The notes below the pieces were generated by a model. The model had not been told where the DNA came from, did no database searches, and was given only the letters and a program-made list of their open reading frames with translations. Of a stretch of DNA of 64,000 nt, positions 26,840 through 38,209 are shown one piece after another. The translations under genes and the position numbers were made by a program. Origin of the DNA: Trichosphaerium sp. ATCC 40318 (taxonomy: Eukaryota > Protista > Tubulinea); NCBI GenBank assembly GCA_038496445.1, contig JALMLS010000404.1, forward strand, positions 135,470 through 199,469. Reading direction: 5' to 3'. Within the stretch, counting starts at the first letter, position 1. Each line of letters begins with the position of its first letter.

Positions 26840-27589
26840 GCGATATGCATTGGTATAGATGCAGGCCACGGTATTGGCACTCAGATCACTACAATAAAGT
26901 TTGATGTTATAAATTTGTCGTTTTGCTTCCAGAACTTCTAAATATTTATGTTATCCTCTAGTCTCGTTGGTTTTTTTCTTGCACCAGAAGGGTTATTGTA
27001 ACTATTACAACAGTTTGTATCCTTCGGTATCATGAGTGAGTACATTGCAAACTAAATTTTCCTACTTAAAAGATAGTCACGACGACCTTGTGCCACCTCA
27101 TGAGTTAAATGCATTGACCATAAGACAAATTAGTCACCTTGTAAACTTGTATGTCATGCCTTTTTCACAATAAATTTTGTGAGTCTTTTGTTTTTCGTTT
27201 CTTGTTTAGCATTGTACATGACGTGTAATTAAAATAACTATGTGAAGAGTGTATTTTCGAAGAGACTTTGGAAGCCAACTTACAGCATTACACTTCATCA
27301 TGACGTCAAGACTTTTATTTTTGTACTATACAATCACAGAGCTCTTTATAAAAAAAAACCGTGATGCACTTGAAGTATTAGAACAAGTGGCAGGACAAGG
27401 TCATGAATGTGTGCCTAGTTGATCAACACACACTTTAAAACAAAGAATAATTAGTTTATCTGCAATTTACACCCAAACGTTTCAGAACACGTGTTCCGTT
27501 ACAACGCACCTGAAAACATGGTATAAACAAATTACGAACAAGAAACAAAACGCAAGTTGCAACAACAGTAGTAACACTTTATCATCCAA

Positions 27590-27739
27590 AGCAAGTACTG
27601 TGATGATATTAAAAGAACAATGTTCATCTAGGAGAGGTATACAAGAGGGTGAATCTAAGGTATGGTATGAGAACAGTAAAAAATGTTCAAGAAGCCAACA
27701 TTTTGTCAATGGCGAAGTTGACCTTCCTTCTATCAACTA
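27590..27739 (+). pseudogene. Decayed MORN-variant fragment
   Basis: LKEQCSSRRGIQEGESKVWYENSKKCSRSQHFVNGEVDLPSIN*; no intact 5' part. Confidence 0.65.
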
Positions 27740-27912
27740 AACTGTAGACAATGTTGGAAGGAAGGCAAAAATTCTTGTGGCTCTAGCACAGTGTAGAGCT
27801 GTTATATATTATACCCAACTGAAGTTGTTACCCAAATAACGGAGTAAAACACGTGTAGCCAGTAAACAAATTACCAGAAGACACATAGCTAAACTGACAT
27901 TTCTGTTTATTG

Positions 27913-28854
27913 TTATTCACATACAATACCAGATGAGAAAAGGAACATATTTCCAATAAGTGCAACGCCATCCCCACGTTCGAAAGAACCACAATTAAGA
28001 AAGGCATTGAAACCAATAATCTTACCTCTCTGTGATGATGATTCAGAATCATTGATAACAACAATAAAAGGGTATTCATTACCTTTAACTTTAACACGTG
28101 CAATCTGCTTTGCTTTATCATTTACTGAACCAAGAGCTATATTATCAACATCACCATAACTTTTTACACCTTGTAGAATAAAGTGATCTGGGTCATCCTT
28201 CATAAAATCATATTCATAGCAGTCCATTTGTGTGCCATCAACATTGTTTTCATCTTTATTCGGTATGATAGGCATATAGCTTCTTGTCCATTCTCCACTT
28301 GGTGTCTCTACAAATGAACAACCTGTAAACACAGCTGATATTACACCTGATCCAGTGTCAACACTTCTACGAAGAAAGTCTCCAAGATACTTTCCTTCTT
28401 CTTCAGCAAACCCATAATTAGAGTCAACAAAAATAGCATCATATTTCTTGTCTAGTATTCCCTTGCCAACATCATTAATATCAAGGTAGTCGCAATTAAC
28501 GCCAAGATCGGCCATCTTGCTAACTATAAGATCTCCTGTATCTCGATTGTTAACGTACAAGTACTTGCCAACCTGTTTTCGTGGTTAGAACGATTGAACA
28601 TGACCTCTAAACAAGCCACGTACAACCAAGCGCTTACAAAGCGTATAATATGGACGTTTAAGACCTAGATCTCGTATACTTGACTCTGAAAACGTAACTG
28701 GGTAACGAGACGCCAGTACTTTTCTCCACAGGGTACGAGAGTGCTCTACAAGGTAATTAAAGAGCCATGATACTCTCTGTAATACAGTCAATTGAGAAGA
28801 GTCAGCATTATCAATAATACACTGCCATATCTCTGGCGGTACGCTGTTTGTCAT
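27913..28854 (-). CDS. F-box protein with a C-terminal alpha/beta (class I GATase/ThuA-like?) domain; one intron
   Basis: VPPEIWQCIID..LQRVSWLF..LWRK. TTG GTT|gtacgt...aacag|GTT GGC joins the two ORFs. The fold assignment is tentative (YDAIFVD, DHFILQGV). Confidence 0.8.
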
Positions 28855-28903
28855 ACTGACACCAATAAAACACAGTTTGATACCAAAGTTGACTTTTTCT
28901 GTT

Positions 28904-29006
28904 CAGTCACGTTAGTCAACAAGTTTTTTTCGTCATTTATTTTCTTGTCACATAGCTTCCAGAGTGAATAATAATTGGCGAAAGATCTAGTTGACTAACG
29001 AGACTG
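28904..29006. mobile_element. ~100-bp MITE-like inverted-repeat element
   Basis: cagtcacgttagtcaac / gttgactaacgagactg (16/17 inverted match); absent at the paralogous position (~45845-45893). Confidence 0.55.
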
Positions 29007-29034
29007 AGATGGAAATATTTTGTTTTTGATTGAT

Positions 29035-29052
29035 ATTAATCACGTGATTAAT
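29035..29052. promoter_or_regulatory. Perfect 18-bp palindrome ATTAATCACGTGATTAAT (extended E-box)
   Basis: Upstream of the F-box gene; identical at 45810-45827 although adjacent bases differ. Confidence 0.5.
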
Positions 29053-29067
29053 GCGATGCAGTCAATA

Positions 29068-29290
29068 TTTCTTTACTATTTGGTTCTTTATCAACAAAAT
29101 CCAGCAAAGTAGCTTTTGGTATTGATGTACCAAATGAAAATGAATACTTTTCAACAACTAATAAAGCCTTGCTTGTTGGGCTACTCACCGCATGTGCTGT
29201 ATTCCATTGTCATGAAAACACTTACAAATTTTGCTAACATCCAAGCAAAGAGAACAACATAAAAGTTGTCAAGAAAGAGAGGACAGTAGT
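29068..29290 (-). pseudogene. Duplicated, decayed 3' fragment of the glycoside hydrolase gene (arm D; source ~43400-43640)
   Basis: Reverse complement matches the AYVVWSPTSKALVVEKYSFSF exon and the preceding intron, with indels. Confidence 0.8.
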
Positions 29291-29464
29291 TTCTAAATTG
29301 TTGTGACCACCCTTTGAGTGATTTGACCCCTTTGTACAATGTCATTGACAGTTTGAAGAAAAGGGATCCCGCTAAAATTGCCACATATTTTAAGCTTACT
29401 TTATAAGACTTTAAATGGGCTGGTACCCTTAAACTTGGCGTATACAGACACAATTTTACATTTT

Positions 29465-30715
29465 TATATATCTTTACCTTCCATCATAAGGGTTAGAAGC
29501 TTAACTATCCTATTTGTTAGTTTGCCATTTGCATCCCATTGTTTGGATCCACCATGCTTTTCACCATCAACCCACATAAACTGATACTTTAGTTGTCCAT
29601 TCTCATGCCATCCTTTGTTTGTTACCATCAAATCACATGGACTGATACATCAGTTGCCCATTTTCATACCACCCTTTACATTGGCCTTGTCGCTTACCAT
29701 CAACCCACATGCACTGATACTTCAGTTGCCCATTTTCATACCATCCTTTACTTATACCATGTTCTTTATCCTCTTTCCACGAGCCCTGATATTGTATTTG
29801 CCCATCATTGTACCAACTTTTGGTTTCACCATGTTGTTTATCCTCAAACCACATTCCCAAAACTTTGAGTTGGCCATTATCATGCCATTCTCTACTTTCA
29901 CCATGTTGTTTACCATCAACCCATATGCCTTGGTCCTCAAATTGTCCATTCTCACGCCATTTGCTATGCTCACCATGCTGTTTACCCTCAACCCACATAC
30001 ACTGATACTTTAGTTGTCCATTCTCATGCCATCCTTTGTCTACACCTTGTTTGTTGCCATCAACCCACATGGACTGATACTTCAGTTGCCCATTTTCATA
30101 CCACCCTTTACATTGGCCTTGTCGCTTACCATCAACCCACATGCACTGACATCTTAGTTGACCATCATTATACCAAATTTTACTTTCACCATGTTGTTTA
30201 CCCTCAACCCACATGACTTGTTCCTCAAGTTGTCCATTCTCATACCAATTTCTGCATTCACCATGTTGTTTACCATCAACCCACATGTACTTATCCTCAA
30301 GTTGTCCATTCTCATACCATCCCTTATCTATACCATGCTTTTCACCATCAACCCACACGCACTGATACTTTAGTTGTCCATTCTCATGCCATCCTTTGTT
30401 TTCACCATGGGTTTTACCTTTAAATTTGCTGCACTGTTGCTGAAGCTTTCCATTTTTATACCATTGCATCCATAGTCCTTGTGGTTGCAACATTTCATCA
30501 AAGTGTGTATTAATTGCTGCTCTCTTTGATAGAGTGTGGAATTTTGTAAATACTTCTACATTGAAAGTACAAATGTACGTTTGAAGCTCACTTGGAATAT
30601 CCAATAATCTCAAAGAATCTGATTTACTGCCCAACTTTTGTTTACGTTTGGAAAGAGACTTTAAAAAGAAAAAAAGTGTTAGTACTACAAAAAGTACACA
30701 AGGTGATCGAAACAC
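29465..30715 (-). CDS. F-box-like + highly homogeneous MORN-variant repeat array; decayed 3' tail, start uncertain
   Basis: LLDIPSELQTYICTF then ~12 units of GxxKGW(Y/H)ENGQLxxQxMWV(D/E)GK. TGG>TGA at 29633 and frameshifted repeats to 29465. No ATG before the F-box; a splice acceptor sits near 30660. Confidence 0.8.
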
Positions 30716-30721
30716 TGGATA

Positions 30722-30958
30722 GTAGATGTTAGGATTTGACTTGAAATAACTTTATTTTGTCTTAGCACTAGGCATGATTTTTCTGGACAGTGTGAACATA
30801 TGTAGCCCTTTGCAACTCTGTGAGATAAACCATGAGTGTATATATCCTCATGCAGTACTTAATATGAGCATAAGAATAGAAAGTCACGTGCATGCTACAA
30901 AGTAGGCTTAATGCTAAAATAGAAATAGCATTATTTCAGGTCAAATCCTATCATTTAC
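30722..30958. mobile_element. MITE-like element with ~28-bp terminal inverted repeats
   Basis: gtagatgttaggatttgacttgaaataa versus ttatttcaggtcaaatcctatcatttac (25/28 inverted match); second copy at ~6.3-6.6 kb; no clear TSD. Confidence 0.65.
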
Positions 30959-32289
30959 AAACGATAGATTAGAGGTAAGTTTTTGAGCAACAATAGCTTC
31001 ATATACGGTAATTGTTATGTGTGAAGGCCAAAAGGGAAAGTAATGTAAAGAAAAACAAACTTTTGTTTTTTTCAACACAAAAAATAAGACTCGTTTTTGT
31101 AAACGCTGTTTGCTACAAAGAACCTTCAGCCTGTTTTTACTTTGTTTTTGTACGTACCATACTTTAATTAACTAATTAAACGGTAAAACTGCTTTTTATA
31201 TTAATAATAGGGCTTACGCTGCTATATACGACTCTTGGAGTACTTTTTGTTTCCGTGTTTTGAATATTTGCTATTCTGCTGACTTAATGACTTTTTTTTT
31301 TTAGTATTATTAAGTCAGTTTATTGACGGTACATTTCACACATGCCTAAATGGCTTTTTATGCTTCACACACCGTCGTTGACTTATGAAGCCGTTTTCAT
31401 TACCTCTAGTGCATCAATAGTGAAACATTACAAGGTAAAGAGTTGTAAGAAGTTGTGTAAAGTAAGCGACGAATTGTGTATTCTGTCCATCAAAAATATG
31501 GTTATCTAAAGAACAGTAGCATGTTCAATACCGTCTATCAACAATGCATATTTTGCACACCTGCCATTACCTTCATACCTTCTTCAATCACCTTTGTCAC
31601 TGTTAGATAAATAGTGTGAACATTTACTAATGCTTTGATGCAGTCCCTGACAATACCCTAACTGATATTAATCGGTGACTACTCGAGTCATTAACAATGT
31701 GCAATCATACAAGGACATAGTTGTATTTTGAAGCAAAGCACCTCCACAAACTAATGAAAACTCACGTTCGCTCTTAACTCTTGTAGATATGCAGGTTGAG
31801 ATTTGATAGAATTGATCTTCAAGGTTATCCAACACGTGACAGAACTGACGCGTTTGATAGGTAAAATCTTGCTTGACAGATATGACAGTCTTCTGTCAGA
31901 TTTGCAGGTAGTTATTTCCTACCTTACTGTGCCTTTAAAATGAATACCTTGGCAATATTTATTTAATGTTTGACTTGAAGGGTACGCACAATATTTAACG
32001 GAATGAATAATATCAGCCACCAAACAACGATTGAGCAACAGAGAATCTATCATTCACCGTATAATGTAGAATACATGAAATAATATAATATTGCTTGATT
32101 CTTGTTTTACGACGTGCACACCACTATTACAATAAACTCAAAGGGTAAATAGTAAGTAAACTTTTTTTTATTTGATTTTTTTTTTTGAATTATTCTTCGA
32201 AGCGGGTGCCAAATGGTTTGCGGTTTTTAATTGCCCAATCTCAGCGACATCTGGCTTTTTTTTTTTTCAATGTTATTTTTTTGACAAAA

Positions 32290-35200
32290 TCAGTAGCCTC
32301 TTGCGAAATTGATTTTGAAAATGTATCTCAACTTGGCTTGGCCTTCATTATATACCAAATACTCGGATTGAGTAAAGTATGAGGATTTGAATTTATTACG
32401 TTGTAAAGCTTTACCTAATTTAATGGTTAATCAAAATAAAAAAAATCAGAAAAAAGTCAGAACGTTTGAACACCGGCATGTGCACTTGAGAGTTTGGTGT
32501 ATTTAGAAAAATGTTGAACAATAATATTTCGAATTACAAAAAGCGTACCGATTGGTAGAGTTACCTTCTTGCCGTCAAATTCCCTAATTAATTAAAGTTA
32601 ACAGGAGTAGCTTCAAAAAAAAAAACGAAAACAAAAAAAATAACACGTACCATTCAACATCTGCAGATGAATCTGGTTCTGTTCTACCTTGAGCCAATAC
32701 ACTATCGTAACCTGTTGGTGCCTTTCTCAATGAAGAATCATCACGTGTAATCTCGTGAGGTTTACCCAAAGCGACTTCAGTCAAAAACATGAAACCCTAA
32801 TGGCCTGTTAGACTCTTGAACAAAATATAATGAGAGTGAGATATACGTACAATGTTGTTAGCGCATCGGACATAACCAGCTGATTTAGAGTTTTCTGATG
32901 CAAAGTACACTAGCGCGTAAAAGTGAGTTGACAATTAAAGGCAGGTACGGAAGCAGAAAAAAAAAATTATTGCAAATACAAGAAAACGTACAACCGCGAC
33001 CAACACGACCACCAGCGTGCGGCATAATACGTAGACCAGAAGACATAATAGCGACAACAACAGCAACGTTAGTACCGTGCCACAAGAGCTTGCGATTCTC
33101 GAGATTATCGAATTTTTCAAAGCGAGTGCTAGAGCCTTTACGGTCCATCTAAACATCGTTTAGAACAACTTAAAAGAGAAAACGTTGGTTTTATACCTTC
33201 CAGATGTCCAAAACGTTCAAATCGCTTCTAGTAGCATGAACGTATTTGTTGAGGGTATTCCATTCCTTGGAGGCCTTCTTTACTTCAATCAACTCAGTAT
33301 TGAGAGAGTTGTATTTGACATCCAATGGATGAGGCACCTTAAACACAAACCAGTTAAGCCACAGAACTTTACGCGCTTTTGGCTTTTTACCTCCTTGACA
33401 TCTGTATCATCAGCCTCTTTATTGAGTCCCTTGAGCTTCTGGACAGCCATAGCGATATCACCAAGAGTAGACAATAAATCATACTTTCCTTGGAGGGTTT
33501 CAAGGTCAGAAATAGGTGGAGGGCGTTTCTAAAGGTAAGATTAGCGGATTTTAAACTATTTTACTAGAGTTTGTAGTTCAAGTAGAAGTAAGTGGCTCTA
33601 CGCGTAAAATCAAAAATTGTAGAACAACGTACACGGCCGAATGCATGAGGCACATTAGTGTAGAACTCGCTAGTGAGTTCGTTAAGCGTAGCTCTATCGC
33701 CACCGCTCTTGATCTCGTCTTCGATATCTTCCAAAACAGCGAAACCTTTGTCTAATTGAGCCTTTGATATCTTACCGAGAGGCATCTTCTTGATATCGAT
33801 GTTGAAGCTTTTCAACTACAAGATACTTTAGAAGGTCTTCAAAAAAAAAAAAGGTTGTCCAAACTGTCTAGTAGCGTAAAACACAAGCGTACAGCAGTTT
33901 TAAACATATCATTATCGAAGATAAGCTTCATAAAATCTTGTGTTGGCTTTGACAATGTGCATTCAGCGACCTTTACTTTGCCCTTGTGTTCCTTTGCCAA
34001 TTTTTGAAGCTAAATATTTTGTCAGTGAGCGTTTGGTCAGAGTTTTTCAAAGAAGAAGTCAAACGACTCAGAAAACAGTCAAAAAAAAAAAAATTTCAAA
34101 TCTGGTCGAATTTTGACACATGTGTCATGGCAACTCCATTCGAGATTAAAGAGCAACAATAGTTGGTATCTAATAGTAACAATAAAATATAAAACTCACC
34201 TCAGCAAGCTCTTCCTCATCGTCATCACCATACTCCATCTCAAGAAGAGTATACTTTCCAGCAACAGGAGTAAAGTCACCTCTATCATCCCAGCTGTTCT
34301 TAGTCTTACTTCTGAACTGTGATTTGAACTTCGAGATAGCTTTAGCCTTTGGCATACTAACCATCTTCTTTTGGCCATCCTCACCAACTAAAGAAAGAAA
34401 AATATTAATAAGTGAAATAAATCTCAAAAATGATTAAGTTCAGCTTTTAGAGTCAAGTCATGAATTAAAATGTTAATCATACCTCTACCCCATCTCGTAA
34501 AGTAATAGTAGTTTCCACCATCATTGATGACTTGAATAACGTAAAACTTGTTGTTATTGTTGGCAATGTTAGTCTAACAATTCAATTTAGCACATTAGAG
34601 GTATGACCTTGACTGAAGTTCTAAAACAAACGAAAAAAAAACCACAGTGAAACATTGATGTTTATTTTGTTGAACGCGCGCCAAAATGCTTACCTGATTA
34701 AGCATGCACGCGTATTCTCCTTCTACTTCAGCCTATAATAACGTAAATAGCTTTATAAGGATATTAAGCGTACATCGCTAGCAACACCAGCTCTTAAAGC
34801 TAGTGGATCAACCTTTGCCTTACCAGATTTCTTTTGACGCTTCTTAGCTGCTCGGAGTGTTTAGCAAGACAATCACGCGATAAAAAAGAAGCGTTTTGTT
34901 TAAACTGGGTTTTTTTAGGGATTTCTCTTTGCGTACGTGGTTCTTCGTCTGATTCAGATTCCTCATCTTATTACAATTGTTAGATTGAGTTTAAAGCTTT
35001 TTTTTGAGGAAAAGTTTTTGTAAAATGTTAGGTTTAAATTCTATCTTGTAGCGGGATTTACCTTCTTCTGATTCGGGTTCTGGCTCAGGTTTGCGTTTAC
35101 GACCACGTTTGGTGGTAGTTTTCTTTTTAGGAACTAGATTGATGCGTTAGTGGACCTGAGAGCGATTGTGGAAGCTAAAGTACCTTCTTCCTCGCTTTCT

Positions 35201-35398
35201 TCTTCCAAAGCTTCGGTTAAACGTTGCACTAGCACGGCTTTAAGGCCCTGTATCATATTTTAGCGTAAACGGTTTACCAGTTTAAAAACCTGTAGAAAGT
35301 TTTACAGGAAAACCCTCACGAACCTTGGTATCGAGGCCTCGTTCCTTTAGCTCTGCTCTTAGCTCAGTAACTTTCAGTTTCTTTGGATCTACAGACAT
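32290..35398 (-). CDS. PARP3-like ADP-ribosyltransferase with an N-terminal SAP domain (SAP-WGR-regulatory-catalytic)
   Basis: SAP: LKVTELRAELKERGLDTKGLKAVLVQRL. WGR: NNNKFYVIQ..TRWGRVGE. KMPLGKISK; LLWHGTNVAVVVAIMSSGLRIMPHAGGRVGRGLYFASENSKSAGY; QSEYLVY (H-Y-E triad). Confidence 0.93.
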
Positions 35399-35754
35399 TG
35401 CGATATGTAACAAATTGACGAAATTATGTCACAAACTTAACGAAAAAGCTCTAAAACCGTCAACGCTGACTTAAAATCCCACTAAAGAAAAAAGATTCTT
35501 CATTCCCTATCACAACCTAACTTTCGCTAAAGATCATGCTAAGGAAGAAAAGACAAAAAAAGTATTTAATGCTCGGAATTAGTCGAAGTTCAAGAAAAAT
35601 AAAAACTGTTTATAAAACCCAACGCCTATTATTAATATTCAAGCGAATAAATTCAGTACATGATACAAGTCGTTAGTGATATTTTTTTTTCTTGAAATTT
35701 CTTCATGATCACGTCTTCTAATAAGGGGGGTATGGGTGCTCTTCTTTTTCCAAA

Positions 35755-36308
35755 CTACAAAATAATACACGGACAGGCTTTAGTGTCTTTGTCTTGATCG
35801 TTAGTCGACGATTGGGTAGGTTTATTCTTGTCCTTGAATTCTACGTGTTCGCACTCTTGTAATTGTGGGTAGTCCGATATAGGTGTATCAAATTCAAGCC
35901 ATACATTTTCTTCAGGCATGAAAAGGCCATGAGTGTCCTAAAACGATTTTAAAACTCCCATTTTCGCTTTCATAAAAACGATCGTAAAGGAAAAACAAAG
36001 ACTGTGCGATTTTTTCGCTTCAAAACGAGAAAGAAAAACGCTTAAAAACAAAAAAGTAGTCGATTTAGGTTAGTTGATGTCTGTTTGCAAAACTACTTGT
36101 CGTGGATGTCGCCTCACGTGCGCTCACTACCGTGTGTAGTACGCAAAGGCTAAAAAAGTAGTACCTCTAATAATTGAGAGCAATTTACAGTTTCTGCGAT
36201 ATGCGCTATCGCGTCTTTTGTTGACATGGAGTCCTCGATACGGAGGGTTTTATAAATAAGAGGCCATGTCTCCGGAAATTTGATTCGCAAAACCACAACA
36301 GAACTCAT
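35755..36308 (-). CDS. 108-aa talin-F0/ubiquitin-like protein with a C-terminal CaaX box
   Basis: Two exons (36165-36308, 35755-35937): MSSVVVLRIKFPETWPLIYKTLRIEDSMSTKDAIAHIAETV..|DTHGLFMPEENVWLEFDTPISDY..KACPCIIL*. Missed by the ORF track. Confidence 0.75.
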
Positions 36309-36413
36309 TGTTTACAATTTTGTTGGGAAGTGCGTTGCAATACACACTTGTGAATTTGGTATTGGTGCGGTTTTGGAGAGGGAGTTGTTTATACGCCCTA
36401 CAGATATTTTTAG

Positions 36414-37790
36414 CCTAATTGCAATTAATTCGTTTCTACTCGAGCAAAGTGATAATAATAAGAGTTTCTACGGGATCGCTACCAAAACCACGAGAGTTAT
36501 TTAATTTATGAAAAATTTGAGCTGGTTGCGGCTCGTATTTAATTTGTAATTATAAAAGGGAGTTTTTTAGTGTATCTTAGGCGATTTCTACAAGTGTCTC
36601 CACCAAAAGCCAAAGAGTTGTATTATAGCTAGCGGTAAATGCGTTTATATTTTGCAATAGTTTTCGGCTTATTTAAACAGCGTTGGGGTATTGCGAAAGG
36701 ATTGTTCGCAAATCTGCATACAATCCATACGCAACCGTTTATTATTAGTATTAGTACGAACCTGAGTGCGAGAGGCTAGGCAAGGGATTTTTGAGTTGCC
36801 TCAGATAGTGAAACAAAACAAGACGAAAGGTTTTTGAAGGTCAAATACGATCTCGAAGTGGCTTAAAAAAAACAGTTACGTGCGTGAACGACATGACATT
36901 GCTTAAATATTAGTATCAATTATGCGCAAGGAGCGGAGTGAAGCCGAAACTTTGATAAAAAAAAACCAAACTTGTTTTGACGTTTTTTGCGTACAACAGT
37001 ACTTTATTTTCTATTTTTTGAGCTCTGTGAGTTGCTCTCCTATACTCTCAAACTCCTTATCGACAGTTTCCTTCATACTTTGCACCTAAAGAAATAAAAA
37101 ACAGTTACACTCCGAAATAGGAATCTACGCTATGCGTTGCGCGTGTGATGGTTTGTATACGCACTTGAGAAAGAAATTCTTGAGCTGGCGATAAAGGCGT
37201 TTGGGAACGTTTGCTCTTATTTCTTGGCTCACGCATTCGCTTGTTGAGTTGCACAGGCTGAGCGTTAACAACGTCAGACATGTATAGGCCTTGAGAGGCA
37301 CCTAATATGGTATTAGACCTGTTGGCGGTTTTCTGAAGCAAAAGAAAAATGTCACCACTGCAGAAACTATCTATTTACGGTATTTGGTCATAATTTTAGC
37401 GCGTCACGCATAAAACGGACAGCCTGGTTACCTTTGGGCGGTTGGTCCTCAAGCCAATCTAGTATGAACGGTTGCACCTCAACAGGCTCGCCAGACACGT
37501 CTATACATTTGTTAACGAGAAACTGGCGACAAATAAGCTATTTTGATCCAAACAAACAGTAATTTGTTTTGTTGTTTACTTCAGCGCTTTAAATACACCA
37601 CCAGCATACCTTGAGTATTCTCCGACGTTTTTAAAGGTTTATTGTACCACTGCGCAGTCCCAGCCACACGCAAGGTTTAAATTAATTGACTCTAGTTATT
37701 TCTATAGAGTCTAAATGCGTGAAGGAGCTAGATAAAAAAACAGTAATATCACGTGCGTGGCTTAATACATTGGTTGTGATTTGCTGACAT
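36414..37790 (-). pseudogene. Decayed multi-exon gene, weakly RhoGAP-like
   Basis: Recognisable splice sites. LFHYLRQLKNPLP and YNTTLWLLVETLVEIA*DTLKN resemble RhoGAP helices, but there are at least five in-frame stops. Confidence 0.35.
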
Positions 37791-38209
37791 TGCTCTAGCA
37801 ATCGTTGTTTTTACAGCCGTAGCAGATATTGTAAGCGCAGGTAGTAGCACCCACAAACAAGTTGGGATAGTTGCTCAAGATTACGTAGTTGTACGGAATA
37901 AATGAATCACTTACCAAGTGTTTTTGTGTTACTGAACAACCTCAAAAGTAGCTATGGCGATTGCAAGCCCATTTAATTAGTAAGTAGTTATTGCAACCAC
38001 GTGCCCTAGTAACTTAATTTTCGGGTCGTCCAGTAGTTACTTTGTGGATCGAACTGCTACAACATGGTTATTACATTACCCTAAATGTAGCTTTCAACGA
38101 TATTGCGTTATGTTAGCATTTCAGAACGTAAACAACACGTTATGGTTTGTTGAACCGAAAGAATTCAAGTCAACGCCGTTTTTACTCATTACACACAAAA
38201 AAAACCAAC

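Larger units (their letters stand above)
27890..29068. repeat. Segmental duplication arm C (inverted copy at ~45794-46908)
   Basis: The F-box gene and its upstream palindrome are reverse-complement homologues. Confidence 0.93.

Noticed and set aside
29465-30420. Regularly spaced repeats resembling a CRISPR array
   Set aside because: They are in-frame 69-bp coding MORN units without unique spacers; eukaryotic context and no cas genes.
31400-31850. Possible further decayed F-box/MORN relic on the minus strand
   Set aside because: Only a faint motif (LIDGIEHA) was found, which is too weak to support a call.
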